Shown here: positions 13,931-26,990 of the stretch, one piece after another | How positions within the stretch are numbered: position 1 is the stretch's first letter | Layout: every line of letters begins with the position of its first letter | Source of the DNA: Lobosporangium transversale | Taxonomy: Eukaryota | Reading direction: 5' to 3' | DNA length: 64,000 bases | NCBI RefSeq assembly: GCF_002105155.1 | Contig: NW_019028997.1 | Coordinates: 496,001 to 560,000 of the forward strand | Program-made: the position numbers and the translations under genes | The notes under the pieces: model-generated | Seen by the model: the letters and a program-made list of their open reading frames with translations, nothing else | Told to the model about the DNA's origin: nothing | Database searches by the model: none

Positions 13931-15689
13931 ATTGTTATTATTATTTGTTTTATTTTACTTACAAACAATCTTTTCGCTGTACTTTGTTGCGATCACTCGA
14001 GGAGCCAAGGAGCGCCTCCTCAGAGTGATATGTCTTCTCCTCCATTTCACTTGAGAAAGTTGTTTGTGGTGGGGAATCACGAGAAGAGCAGCCATACAAT
14101 GTTATACAGGTATATCAAATTGTTAGGACTAGATGCTTGGCAGAGCTTTTTAAAGCGTAATCTGTAACACAAGCATTGATATTTACCTTCTGGTATAGAT
14201 GCATAACAAGGTGTGCATATGATTCTTCATCGACTTTCAACTCCTCATCTTCAAACTCGTTGGCAAAAGTAACCATCATCACGTGCTCAGTTTTATGGTT
14301 ATTCTTGTCACCAGATGCATCCGATGGACGACGCAATGTCCTGCTAAGCTGCGCCTCGAAACTACGGCCCAAGTCCTTCTAAATTAATGCACAAATTACA
14401 GGTGTTTAATGAATATTGCACCACAATAGAGTAATGAAGACAGCCTTCAGAAGACGATAGGAGACTGTTTCAAATCCTGACACACCTCCATAACTGATGA
14501 GAATGATACAGGCGCGTAGGAGGGAGTTGGCTTTAGGTTTATTATCTTACAAAGAACGTCTGTTAGTAGGATTGTTCTGTTAGTCACATAAGCCAATTAA
14601 CATGAATAATGAAGTTTAATGTGGATCCAAAATTCTACTTTCAATTCCCAAAGCCAGATTAATTTGGCCATCTATCCGCACCCCAGCTGCACAGGCGACC
14701 CGTTACGTAAATCGCCCACCTCGAGATGGCATTACATTGGAAATGAAATTGTGCGCAATGGAAAACAATAACCGGAAGTTGAAAGATAAGTGAGAATTGA
14801 ATGTGGATCACAGCACTACATTATCCGAGTATTTATTCATTCACTTTCTATATATAAAATTGAGATCCTATTAATGTGGGCTGGAGGGCCGGAGGGCTGC
14901 AGTGTTAGGAATGTACAAAATGGTATCCTTTTGTACGTGTGATCAGATATGCAATTAGACGAAATATGCAACACGCAAGATAAGAATCGAAGCTATTTCT
15001 ATTACCGTGCGTGTTTGTAAATAGAAGCCAGTAAAGCACCTAGGTATGGAATTGAGCCCCGTGTATATGCCTTCCTTGAAAAATGTAGTGAGAGAAGAGA
15101 TGAAGAGTGAAGAGTGAAGAGATGAAGAGAGTTGAGTTAATAAGATGAGAGAGCCGCGTTTTCCGTCCTCGTGATATGATTTAAGCATAACAATCACATA
15201 GGCGCACAATTTACATCACTGATATGTTTTCAGTAAAGGAGATCAAAAGTTATTTTTATTATTGATGCCAGACAGGATCCTTTTATTAAGGACGCGTCAT
15301 GACCGCCACACAATGTTCTGACTTTAAGGGTAAAAATGGAAGTACTCTTGAGGTGCACTCGGTACGTAACATTCTCAATCCTTTCTCTTCCCTCTCCAGA
15401 TTGGCTTGGCGATATTCTCAAGTCCCTTGGATACTTCCTTTGATTGTTTCCTAATTGTAAAGAGAGATATTACAGGCCAGTGCTTTTGCGACCTTGCATT
15501 GTGTGATTCGATTTTATCAAAAGACTGGCTCGAAATACCTAATATGCTAATACTCTTCTGCAAAATCACATAATAAAGCAGTTATGAACAATTGGCTGCT
15601 ACAAACTAGTAATTTATATAAACTAACCTATACTCTTAACACTGTTTCAAATAATCCAGTCGATCAACCAGTGTTGAGCTCTAGCAACA

Positions 15690-18317
15690 TCAGAACCCCT
15701 TGGCTACAACTGATGCCCTCGAGTTCAACACGGTTAAAGTCGAATTAACTTTGAGTGCCTCTGATAGTGCCAAAGCGCCTTCATTCCCGATTGAGTTCAA
15801 ACTCAAATTCAAATAGGTTAACGTCTTGTTAACCTTGAGTGCCTCTGACAATGCTAGTGCTCCTTCAGTCTCAACTTCATTGCAGCGCAAGTTCAAAGTG
15901 GTTAAAGCCATGTTAGCCTTAAGTGCTTCTGATAGCGCCACAGCTCCTTCATTCCCGATTGAGTTAAATCCCAAGCTCAAAGTGCTAAAAACCGTGTTAA
16001 CCTTGAGCGCCTCTGACAGTGCCAGAACTCCTCCCTTCCCAATCGGGTTACTATTCAAATTTAAAGAGATCAAGGTTGTGTTAACCTTGAGCGCCGTCGG
16101 CAGTGCTAGAGCTCCTTCCTTCTTAATTGAGGCATTCTCCAAGTCCAAAGTGGTTAAAGTTGTGTTAATCCTGAGAGCCTCTGACAGTACCAGAGCTCCT
16201 CCATCCTCTACCGGGTTCCCTCTCAAGCTCAAAGTGGTCAAAGCCTCGTTAATCTTGAGTGCCCCTGACATTGCCAGAACTCCTTCTTTCTCGATTGAGT
16301 TGAGAGCCAAATCTAAAGTGGTCAACGCCTTGTTAATTTTGAGTGCTTTTGACAGTGCGAAGGCTCCTTCATTCCCAATTGAGTTGTCCCACAAGTCCAA
16401 CGTGGTTACAGTGGTGTTGGTCTTGAGTGAATCCGCAAGTGTTCGGAAATCATTAGTTTCAAGCCCTCGAGGCCGTAGCACTAAGGATAACTCATGAAGA
16501 TGTGACAAACTCTTGGGTTGTAAACGAGAAAGCTCTATGAGGTTCGACATTAGAGCAATGCGAATCATTCTCATGTTGCTAAGCTCCATGATGCGGACAA
16601 GTATTTCATAAGGTGCGGATGTTGAAACTGCATTTCCCCTGCTTCTTTCTTGAAACCAAGCAAGTTCAAGTCGAAGAATCGATACATTTGGCACCTTTAG
16701 TGTATTCTCAAGCGCTACAAGATCAGCCTCGGACCAACTCCAGATGGATGTAATATTTAACTCATAATCACATCTTGCATCGGCCAGAGCATTGCAGAGC
16801 TTTTTAACTGGGGATCCAGATCCCAGTTCGATGACTACTTTGCCAAGATGCTTGTCATATTCGTCACCATTCGCCTCAATTACATTTTCGAGCTCTTTCT
16901 GTTCTTTCTCTTTATACGTCAAACGATAGTGGTCAAAACAAACCCATTTGGCGTGACCTGTTGCAGTTGTGGTCCTGTACATATCACCAAGTTGTTTGTC
17001 CTTGCCGTCGATTTGAAGGAATGTGCTAAGTTGTTGGAGGTCTGTCCCTTCAAGTGCTTCATAGTCATCAACTATGTTGATGCTGCTCAAGACTGGATAC
17101 TCGATAGAGAGCACTTGCATGTACTCGAGTGATTTATCGATAGCGGCATCAGTCAGGTGTGGGGGAGGTATCAGAGAAGTAGGAGAGAGCATCTTCAACT
17201 TGAGCCACTCTAAAAGGATCACCATGTGTTTTCCATACTTGCGGAAGAACTCAGTGCTGTTTCTGATTTCATATTCTTCATGATTGGTGATATGGATTGG
17301 GGTTTGAATGCTCTTGTTTGCCTCGACGGTGTACTCTCCACTTTCACAGAGGAAATGAAGACGGATCTTGTTTCTCAGGACATTCGTTGGGTCCCACTTG
17401 GTGCTGTTGACAGGCAAAATGACAAATAGTCGGGGACTGTATACTCGTATATCTCAAAGTTCTGGGCGAGTATTGATTTAGCATGCTTTTGAAGGATGGC
17501 AACTCTGTTAGGAGTTTGATTAGTATGCTTCTGGATGATGGCTGGCTTGTCAAGGGTTTGACATAGCAAACAAGTGCTCTTTTCATCCTTTTCTTTGGAT
17601 TCTTGTCGCAGTTGTAGCACCTCTAGTTGCAGCTTAAGCACCTTGTCATTCTCTTTGGCCTTCAACTGCAGTTTATGAATCTCTGATTGTACCTCAAGCA
17701 GTCCGTCGTTCCTCTCTTTGACATGCAGTTGCAACTCTTTAATCTGTTCGAGTTCAGATTTGGCCATCTCCGTTTGTGTATTTCTGTGCGCTGTAAGAGA
17801 TGATCTGAAAGATTGAACCAGGGCTGAGAGTGACTGAAGAAGATCCTGAGAGGCCAGATGTACCGATTTCTTCATGGTAGGCAAACTAATGACGGTGTCG
17901 CTGTCGCTGTCACTGTCACTGTTGCTGTTACTGTTGCTGTTGATGCTGCAGGGCTTTGGTACGTCTGTAATGACGTCCAAGATCTTGTTAGGATAAAGGC
18001 AACGCGTAGAGGTTTGATTCTTATTAAGGAAAAAAAAAAAAGATAATGGATGTCAAATTGAGTTCTCATTTTTCTTTCTCAGAGCAACTGACAGGGCACC
18101 ATAATAAAACAACATACCTATTGCCATTAGAGTCAGAAAGGAATAAAACAGGATGTCCATCCAACTTAAATCGCAGTGCATCTGGAAACACATCTTGAAT
18201 GTCGTGCAAGAGCACGAAACATGAAAGGATGCCATTGCTTGCATTAGTGGAAGTAGTTTTAACAAAAACTTCTTCAATGATGTTGGCCTTTCGGAATTGC
18301 TGGTACTGATCTTTCAT
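15690..18317 (-). pseudogene. LRR-family paralogue with two 1-nt frameshifts; intron 18117-18020
   Basis: Same start (MKDQYQQFR), intron position and motifs as 10250-12418. Frames shift at ~17995 (T run) and ~17430 (C run). About 8 LRRs at the C-terminus. Confidence 0.85.
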
Positions 18318-18660
18318 TTTCACTTGAACAAGACGGAATGAATCGACATTCTCATCACTTTGGAGTAAGAGTGAAGAATAAAAAGTCTTAATCAGTAATA
18401 TCATCACGACGCACTCTGTCCACCGTTTACTTGCCTCCACTCCTTTAACGCATCTAGCAACATTTATCATTTTGCAATCCTTCTTCTCCAGCCTAAAGAA
18501 AAACAAAAACACTTTTTCGGCTACTTTTTTTCGCTAAATATAATGTTACAGAAACTCTATACTGATCTAGAAATGGCTGTCATTCGAGACTTTAAAGAAT
18601 CGATTGATTGCATGGCTAAGTCTTTCATACTACTTTTACACGAAATACTTAATTTATTTT

Positions 18661-21600
18661 TTATTGTAAGTCTAACAGAGTCCGGACTTTCTCAGAGCTG
18701 TGACTAAAAATGATGTTGCAGACATTTTGGTCGCTGAGGTAGGTCCCGAATGGTGAGAGGAATACCCCGGCGTCACTGAACAAGTGTTCAGACTCAGTTG
18801 ATGCGGATTGGATACACAGGTACGAACGCGCGAGGTTGGCAAGAGCCCCAAATGTGATATGATTTTCGATGCCAAATGACCTCCAATAGTCCTGAGGCTT
18901 GTCTTTAAAGTGATCGTGAGTATACAGCGGTGGGCGTACCGTTGCAGCGTACATCTCTACCGCAAACTTCGAAGTCATGTCGAGTAGATGAATATTACTT
19001 GCTTGCAATGGCTTCATTGAATTTGCATCTTGCTGTTCAGGTATCCCTAAGGCTTCATTGCACAGTCTTTTTGCTTTTGCAAACAGATTTCCATCATCAG
19101 CAACCATCGTATTCTGCAAGATGTCGAGTGATGCGAAAGCAGGGTTCAGGAATATAGAAATGAGCGCAGCATCTGGAATGTTTTGGAGAGACCAGGATTT
19201 TTTGATCAGCTCGTCCAAGCTTTGCCATAACTCCCTTCCCTCTTCCGTTTCGAATGTTGAGAGTGCTGGGAGCATGGTGTGGACCCTGAAATAGATTTGC
19301 GAAATGGTCGGGTTATCATGTTCGTCTGCCCAGCGTGTGAATTTGGTGACCAGCTCCAAGAGCGTGATAATTTCCTGCAGAACCCTGATCCCCTTCTCGT
19401 CAAGTATGTGTCGCCCGAGCTCCATAGCTTTCGCTTTTTCGTCCTTGGATCCTGAACTCATTGAGTTATAGGTCGCTGTAATTGCTTCAGAAACTCGGAG
19501 AACCCTTGCTGCCATGTAGTATTGTGAGCTACATCGTGTAACATTCGTTGTAGGCAGCTTGATCAACTTTTTCTTACTTTTGCTACGCTCATTGTTGAGT
19601 ACACCCATAGCAAGGCTGGAGCTTCTGAAAAAGGTTGAGATCCTTTGACACTTCTCCATAATCATCTTAGCTCCAAGGCTTCGTTCCAATCCCTTGTTGA
19701 TATACAGCTGTATTACATGAAACGAACAGGGAAGCCAGGCCAACTTCGTCTTTAGATTATAAAGATACATGGCTCTTTTTATGTTCGATCTTTGATTCGT
19801 TGTTGCACAGATCAGATGCTCTTCCAAATTCCACCTTGCGATTACATGCTCTAGAGTACAAGTTCCAGGACCAAAAGTGTTATTTACATAGGTCTCAACC
19901 AGACAGCAAATAGGCAGAGCTGAAGTAATTATACTCTTAACAAGTTTTCCCAATAGAATTTCTGCCGATTGAGGGCCATAAACACGTTCTATGCCAATCA
20001 TAACTGAAACCGGTTGAAAGTCATGTGTTAGAAGTGAAATGTTACTCCAAAGAACTTCCTTTGATCACCGCTTGTCCAACTATCCGCTGTGATTGCGCCT
20101 TGAATTTTACGATCAGTGATGTATCTCGATTTGCCTCCACATATGCATTACACTTAAATCCATGTTTGATTGGATAGCGTCTGTGCTTGGAATTACGTAT
20201 AATGGATTAAGTTGCAAACATATTGCCTTGAAAGAATCCGAGCCAATTAAATTGAAGGTCGCTCCGTTGTCGGCGATAAGCCTCTCTAGCCACTTCGAAG
20301 TTCCCCTGTGGTCTAGGGGGCTCATCATCATCATCATCATCATCTTGATCTTTTGACGACTTGACATTCTGGACCATGCCTTGATAGAGGCGAAATTCCT
20401 GCACAGCCTCATATATTGTGGTGTGGTTTTTGAGGAGATGATTTTTTTTCGTGATCTGCCGCCCCCTGACTTCTTGTACTTTATGCCACACTTTACCCCG
20501 AGACTGTTCTTAACCTGGCATTCGAAGAAGTCAGATGCATCTGTATTATAGAAATGTCCAAGGATACTAGACTTGCGTATGGACTTATGTATTGGGACTT
20601 GTGCCAAAGGCTTTTGTGAGGCGGGCGCGTCGTCGCACTGTTCGGGCGAAGGTAAAACGCCAAGTTCAAGCGATTCATATAGCGTGTATCATGTCTCCGA
20701 TGCTCCATGACTGGTACGTAGGTTAAGTCGATGCTGCTCCAAAGCTTCAGCTTCAGCTGCAAGCAGGGTTGCTTGTGGGTTGTCAAAAGATAAAGGATAG
20801 GCTAAATCTCGTGAGATCTGAGGAAGTCCACGAAAAGAGGAGGACGATGAAGATGCCCGAGAGGTCTGGTGCAGGGAGATGGGCGACTTGGGCTGAACGC
20901 CATGCATATCTCTATGCCGTCCAGAGTACGATGAAGTAACTGAGGAGAGATAAGACCTAGGCTGTGGACTGCGATAATAATGAAAGCTCTCGGCCCTTTG
21001 TAGCGGTGGTAGTGGGGATTGTCGCGGAGCGCATAATGTGGATGTAGAGGGCGAGCCAAGAACATGAGATGCTGAGATTGAACGTAGGAATGACCTAGGT
21101 CTGGCAGGTTGAATAGGCAGTCCCTGATTTGTTGGAGGAGAAGGAGTCTTAGGATATCCTCGTTTGGCTTGGGCAGACCTGATGCTACTGGCGGCGACGC
21201 TGGCTTCGCTTCTTGAAGTCACCTGGGGCAACTGACGTGTTTGCACTTCCTCGAACATAGAGCTTGAACGCCCTTTGCGCGTTTTCACGCCCAAGACATT
21301 GTATTCTCCACCAGAATGGTCTATATCGTTGCTTTGGTAAACATCAACTTGCTCTTGTTCGTGTCTGTCCTGACCACGACGCCATACATCACGCTTCGCC
21401 TGCGCTTGCCGCTGGGCGCGTCGGTCGATGAGGCTCTCTGACTACAGAAGCATTGACGCGTACGGAAGAAGTCAGTAACAAGGTTCGAAGCAACGGATAT
21501 CAAGTATTAACTAGCAACTAAGAGTCAAAGGTATAGACTTACAGGCGATCGCCTTCCAGAAAACCCGCTGTAGTCATCATCACTCTCGAATTCGCACCTA

Positions 21601-21746
21601 TTCTCGTTGAAAGTAGGGTCTTCGTCTAGATTTTCATTGACTTCCTGGTTGAATGAATGATATTCATCAAAGTCGTCGTTATTTTCTTCACCATACTCTT
21701 CGCCATGCTCTTTGTCGAACAAGAAATTTTCACTCTTATCATTCAT
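18661..21746 (-). mobile_element. Decayed hAT-superfamily transposase gene with BED zinc finger and long low-complexity N-terminus
   Basis: BED-like FECQV..KCG...HLLKNH, first catalytic motif AITADSWTS (~20070-20097), LPCSFHVIQL, NVTRCSS (degenerate TRWNS) and dimerisation motif LARSYLCIQSASTESEHLFS. It has several frameshifts and the second Asp appears lost (TTNQRSN). TIRs were not identified. Confidence 0.85.
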
Positions 21747-22373
21747 CGTTGAATAAAAAAAAGGAATTGCGTTTCAAGGTCAGGCAGACTGATTCAGGAA
21801 GAGGAATGGAAAGTGGGAGCATGAAGAGAATGAATGAGAACAGAAAAAACTTTATTAAACAAAACAAGAATATGGACAAAAAAGTTTTATCGCATATTGA
21901 GGGTTCTCTCCTCCACTGTCTCTTTGCGAAGGCTGTTGCAAGAGAAGAATCTAGTACAATCGTATCAGTGTTACTTGGCGTCACAGACGATGATTATTGG
22001 TCTTTAAGATCTTTGAGATATAGAGATATAGAAGCCTAGCTATGGAAGTAGAAGTTGGCTTTGACTATATATAGTCAACATTAGTAATAAAGAGAAAGCA
22101 GAGGCAGAGATGCCGAGCATTTGCTGAATTATTAAAGTACATGGCCGCTTTGCGAGACAAGATCAGACAAATAAAGTTAATCTGTCAACTGTTCGTGGTA
22201 TTAAGCGTGTCTTTAGGGATGATGCAGAAGGTTCTCTGAGAATTGAATGAGAATGAGAATGGCAATGGCAATGGTAATGGTAATGGCAATGGTAATGGTA
22301 GTGCGAAAAGAGAAGAAGCCTGTTATGCATGCAGATGATTGTGGATTTTTTTAAGCCTGCATGCTTTCTCTTC

Positions 22374-22560
22374 AGGTTGGCGCTGTTTGTGCAATAGGTT
22401 TGTGCTGTTTTCAGAACAGGTTCGCGCTGTTTTAGAAAAGGTTCATGCTGTTTCACAACAGGTTCATGCTGTTTCACAACAGGTTCATGCTGTTTCACAA
22501 CAGGTTCGCGCTGTTTGGGCAATCAGCTTGTGCTGTTTGGGCAATAGGTTTGTGCTCGTT
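22374..22560. repeat. 21-22-bp tandem repeat (~9 units, AGGTTCATGCTGTTTCACAAC-like)
   Basis: Three perfect units plus diverged units are visible. It lies upstream of the hAT gene, like a transposon subterminal array. Confidence 0.85.
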
Positions 22561-23130
22561 TTCTTCCAGCACGTGCTGGAAACCAAAACATCACGCCCTT
22601 TCTCTTCAGGCTCAGATCTCTGGATTCAGGATCAATTTTATAGTGCTTTGCGGCTTGAACAACAACAATATTATTAAGTCCATTCTCAATACGCGCGTCT
22701 TCAAAGACTAGAGTTAACGTACAAATGTCCAGCTTTTTCTTTATTATATGCTCTCAAGCAATGAACTAGACTTTATAATATAATTGCAACACTTACCTCG
22801 AAATCAAATTCATGGCCAGCCAGGATATCTACTTGATCATTGTCCCCTTTTTCTCCATCGTCATCTTCTCTTTCTTCACTGTCATCCTCTCTATCCTTCC
22901 CAGAGTTTGACGCGTCAAGGGCTTTTCTCTAAAGCATAATTATTGCTTAGATATCATCAAGGAAAGCATTGATACAGAAAATTATTATTATATATATATT
23001 ATTCGTGTTTGAACACTTAGAATATCTTCAAATCCACCGATCAATATCTTTTCAATTTGATTGATGGCGAGAACATCATCGATAGGAGCATCAGTAACAG
23101 CTTCTTGTCCTTGGAATGAGGTATTAGACA

Positions 23131-23228
23131 CAGTGCTCCTATTCGAACTGAAATTTTGTCAATTATGATGTTTCAGATTAAAAAAATAAATATCAATTGA
23201 CAAAATTTCAGTTCGAATAGGAGCACTG
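23131..23228. mobile_element. 98-bp hAT-type MITE
   Basis: Perfect 34-bp TIRs (CAGTGCTCCTATTCGAACTGAAATTTTGTCAATT) and a perfect 8-bp TSD ATTAGACA (23123-23130 and 23229-23236). Confidence 0.95.
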
Positions 23229-23626
23229 ATTAGACATGTTCATAGTGGGATGAATGTAAGGTGAAGAGTGGATGTGCACACTTTCGATTGTGTGGTGAAA
23301 ACAAGAGAGTTAAAGAGACGAATAGTGTTTGTGTATTTAAATAATACATGTTACGTCACACTTGGGGGCCAATTCAATCTTTAATCGCATGGCGTCTTGT
23401 GCAACAAGAAAAAAAAATTTCTCACAGACACACACAGCATAGCCCAACCTTGAAATAAAGGAACAGATTTATCAATTGTCGCTCCTTTCTTTAACTTGCT
23501 TCACTTCATTTTTGCACTCTCCTCTTCCTTTTCTTCCTTTATCCTCTTTTCACTTTTTTCTTATTTCCCCCCAGTTTTGCTCCCATCAATTTTGCTCTTT
23601 TATTTATTCCAAGCCTTCATTCATTG

Positions 23627-23700
23627 CCTTTCCTTTCCTTTCCTTTCCTTTCCTTTCCTTTCCTTTCCTTTCCTTTCCTTTCCTTTCCTTTCCTTTCCTT
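23627..23700. repeat. (CCTTT)n microsatellite upstream of CRN copy 1
   Basis: Visible pentamer array. A shorter version lies upstream of CRN copy 2 (~29043-29077). Confidence 0.9.
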
Positions 23701-23851
23701 TTTTTTTTTCTTTTTTTCTTTTCCTCCCTCAACTTCATCTCTAGACAATTTTGAACCATCCTGCTACTGAATTATCATCCTTTAGCATTTTTATCAACCT
23801 TTCCCTATTTTCTGTCCTCCGTCCATTTATACCCTTGTTTTTGAAATCACA

Positions 23852-26435
23852 ATGGGAAGCGACAGAACATCACCACGATGCCTATCACCTCGAACTAAAC
23901 CGTATGAAAGGAAAGAAGAAAGAAAAGGGGAAGCGAAGGAAGAGTCTTCAAGCACCAATGACCCTAAAATCCTCGAGCCAACCGAGCTAAAGATTTTTTG
24001 TATTGTTGATGGAGAAGCAACTTCTTTTTCTGTAAAGATTCTTTCCAATTGTTCAGTCGATGAACTCAAGCAAGTCATCAAGGCAGCGAAGAAAAATGCA
24101 TTTAAGGATATTGACGCTGACCAGCTCACCCTCTACAGGGTCTCTATTCCTGACGAAGACAAGACCGTCGTTGAGTCAGAAATTGTGTCGAAAGAGGCTC
24201 TCGTACCCGCATCAATGGAGCTTTGGGAGATATTTAATTCTGAACTTCCAAGGAAAACGATCCATGTTTTTGTCAAGCCACCGCAGCGAGGTATGTATTA
24301 GCTCTTGATGGACTGATTGTTGATATTTTCAGCTGATGAAGCTTGGTTTATATCTTAAACGGCCATGTGCATAATATCACCATTTGGTTTGTGTCTTGAT
24401 AACTCAACGTTCTTTCTAATTATTCGCCTTTGATACTTAGCTCAGAAAAGAAAACAAGATGGAGATGCTGGTGAGTGCTTTTGGCTGAGAACCTGGTTAT
24501 TGATCAATTCAGAGTGATGTGCAGTGCAATAAATCAAAAATATTGACTTTGATCACTCTATCTCCTTTATCAGAGTCACCCTCTAAAAAAGCTCGTCCAA
24601 GTATAAGTAGCAGAGGTACTCTTAGGGATGCGATTACAGAAGCGGGGCTTGTAACGAAAGGGATAGTGAATGGTAGGCCTGTCCTCTCGCCTCTCAACTC
24701 GAAAGAGAGGGTCAAGGTGCTTTCGTACATGGGGGAGGAGTTATCAGGAGATAGTATTTACTACAGCATTGTTAGCGTGGCTTGCGAGCTCCGAAATTCC
24801 GGTGGTATCAAGGATTCCAAACTATTGACTGCTCCTGAGGGTTGTATCTTCCCTGTTGCCGGAACAAGGCATCTTTATATCAGAGATGAATATAAAAAGC
24901 TTTATGACCATATTACATCTACATTCAGTACCCCTCATGGAGCTAGTTTGAACCGACTCTTTGTCACTGGAACGCCTGGAATTGGGAAGTCAGCCTTTTT
25001 GGTCTATTTTGCCATCCGCCTCCTTGCAGAGCATGACGAGGAGAATCCACCGATTATTGTTTTCCATGAAAAGAAGAATACCGAATGTTATGCCTACGGA
25101 GGAACAACTTGCCAACGTTATGGAGAGAGAGTAGATTTCAAACATTTTCTTGAGCAACCTGAAACGTGGTATTTAGTTGACAGTGGTAACCATCCTCAAC
25201 CAGATCAAGCCAGGACGATATTTGCGGCATCACCAAAAACTCTCTATGGGCAGTACGATGAATTCACCAAGGAAAATTCACGCAGTAGCTACTATCACAT
25301 GTCACTCTGGAGTTTGGACGAGCTTAAGGAATGTAGAGCCAATGTAAAGTTTTTTCATCCAGTGGATGAAGAATTTTTGGAGGAGCTTTTTTACAAGTTG
25401 GGGGGAGTGCCAAGACAGGTCCTACAGGCTCCAGCCAAAGAACTATTCAAGAATCAAGGAGATATTAAGGGTGCTAGAGACTCTGCGTTTAGCCGCGTCG
25501 AAACTGCCATTGAAAAACTCCGGAACCCAGCAGATCTTGTAGCGCTCTTTGCACGAGGAAAAGAAGCGAGTGAATTTAGTGGTCGTTTACTCCATAGAGT
25601 CCCCACTTCTGACCACCTCAACTTCCATCTGGTGTGGGCATCTCGTTGGGTTGAATTAAGGGTTGTCGACAAAATAAAAGATGACACTTGGCTCGATGTG
25701 TTGGCGAAACTTGTCAAAAGCGAAGAGGATATAGCTAAAGGCCCACTGTTTGAAGTCTATGCTCATCACTTATTTCGATGTGGTGATATTAGATTTCCCT
25801 TTAGGGATCTCCAGTCAGGCGAAACAGGATTTCTTGATTTTCCAGCAAACCCAGAAGTGGTGCATATCCGGACTTCAGATGAATTATTAGGGCTCACTCA
25901 AGCAGCTGGCAAGTTGTTTGTACCAGAACATTCTAAATTTCCGTGCATTGATTTTGCATTGGGACCCAACAAGCTATTTCAGGTCACAGTATCAGAGAAG
26001 CATCCGATCAAGCAAGCACCATTCAAGGAGATAATTGAATGTATTACTGGACCCTGCTTGAAGGGAGACCAATCAAAGTTGAAGGGAGACCGATCAGAGT
26101 CGAAGGGAGACCGATCAGAGTCGAAGGGAGACCGATCAGAGTCGAAGGGAGACCGATCAGAGTCGAAGGGAGACCGATCAGAGTCGAAGGGAGACCGATC
26201 AGAGTCGAAGGGAGACCGATCAGAGTCGAAGGGAAGTGATGATACCATTTTCCTCTATTTTGTGGTGCCAGGAGACGTATATGGCGATTTTAAAGTTCAG
26301 AACTTTCTTACCACCAAAGATACGGTCGTCAAGAATCCATATGTATGCTTAAAACATGTAAGACAGCGTGTCATAAAAATCGACATCGAAGCTGCATATT
26401 CAGGAGGAGCAGCCGGTACGAATCTGAAGAATTAA
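23852..26435 (+). CDS. Crinkler (CRN)-family protein copy 1 (~776 aa): ubiquitin-like CRN N-domain + P-loop NTPase + PD-(D/E)xK-like nuclease; exons 23852-24290, 24441-24470, 24574-26435
   Basis: IFCIVDGEATSFSV...LTLYRV...IHVFVKPP header, Walker A GTPGIGKS, WYLVD Walker B-like, GGVPR, and FPCIDF...LFQVTVSEKHPI nuclease-like motif. Canonical splice sites give an intact frame. Confidence 0.9.
26060..26227 (+). repeat. 21-bp coding VNTR (KGDRSES x7 plus one variant unit)
   Basis: GAAGGGAGACCGATCAGAGTC is repeated 7 times perfectly after one variant unit. Confidence 0.97.
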
Positions 26436-26990
26436 ATCGAATACCAATCAAGTGGATGAAATTTTGTCTTTTTTAAAAAAAGCATTATACCCGTTCCTTG
26501 AGAATTTTTTACAATGGCTCATTCTTTATGAATGAAGCCATCATCATCCACTTACCTTTTAGACGAATAGATAGAGCGGTTTAATCCGTCCTCCCTTCTA
26601 CTGGGGCATATAGAACTTTATAAAGCTTCCTGTGATCATCATGCGATCTTGTGTGCAGGATTTTGTGATACTATTATCAAAGAGTTTTGTAAAAACGGAT
26701 AGAGATGAAGAATCCTGTGGAGAACCCAGTGAGAGTCTGATGATGAGACCCAAAACCATATTATTATCACCAGGACAGCTGGCATAGGAAATTATCCTTT
26801 CTCATATGTTTGTCATCTGGATGCTTGCCACTTGCGAAAGACCTATCAATTATCATCATCCAGGGCGCCAAAACGTTTACCGGGAGCTAGGATGACAGCT
26901 CCACTCTAAAGACATAAATGTCGTTTTAGCCCCATGGTGTGTGCACGGGATGGCAAGCAACCTGTGATTAATGAGATCATATTTGTTATA

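Noticed and set aside
12576..14520. Short ORFs with a faint endonuclease-like SDFN motif and transposase-like fragments
   Set aside because: Too degenerate to assign; probably transposon debris.
6133..16497. Antisense ORFs over LRR arrays (6406-6867, 10356-10916, 15826-16497)
   Set aside because: They are shadow frames of the repetitive LRR coding strand.
18540..22720. TIRs for the hAT element (AACTCTA / TAGAGTT)
   Set aside because: Only a 7-bp match, and no 8-bp TSD.
24519..24573. ORF-track starts MQCNKS / MLLAEK for the CRN C-terminal ORFs
   Set aside because: These segments are intron sequence; the ORFs are third exons of spliced genes.
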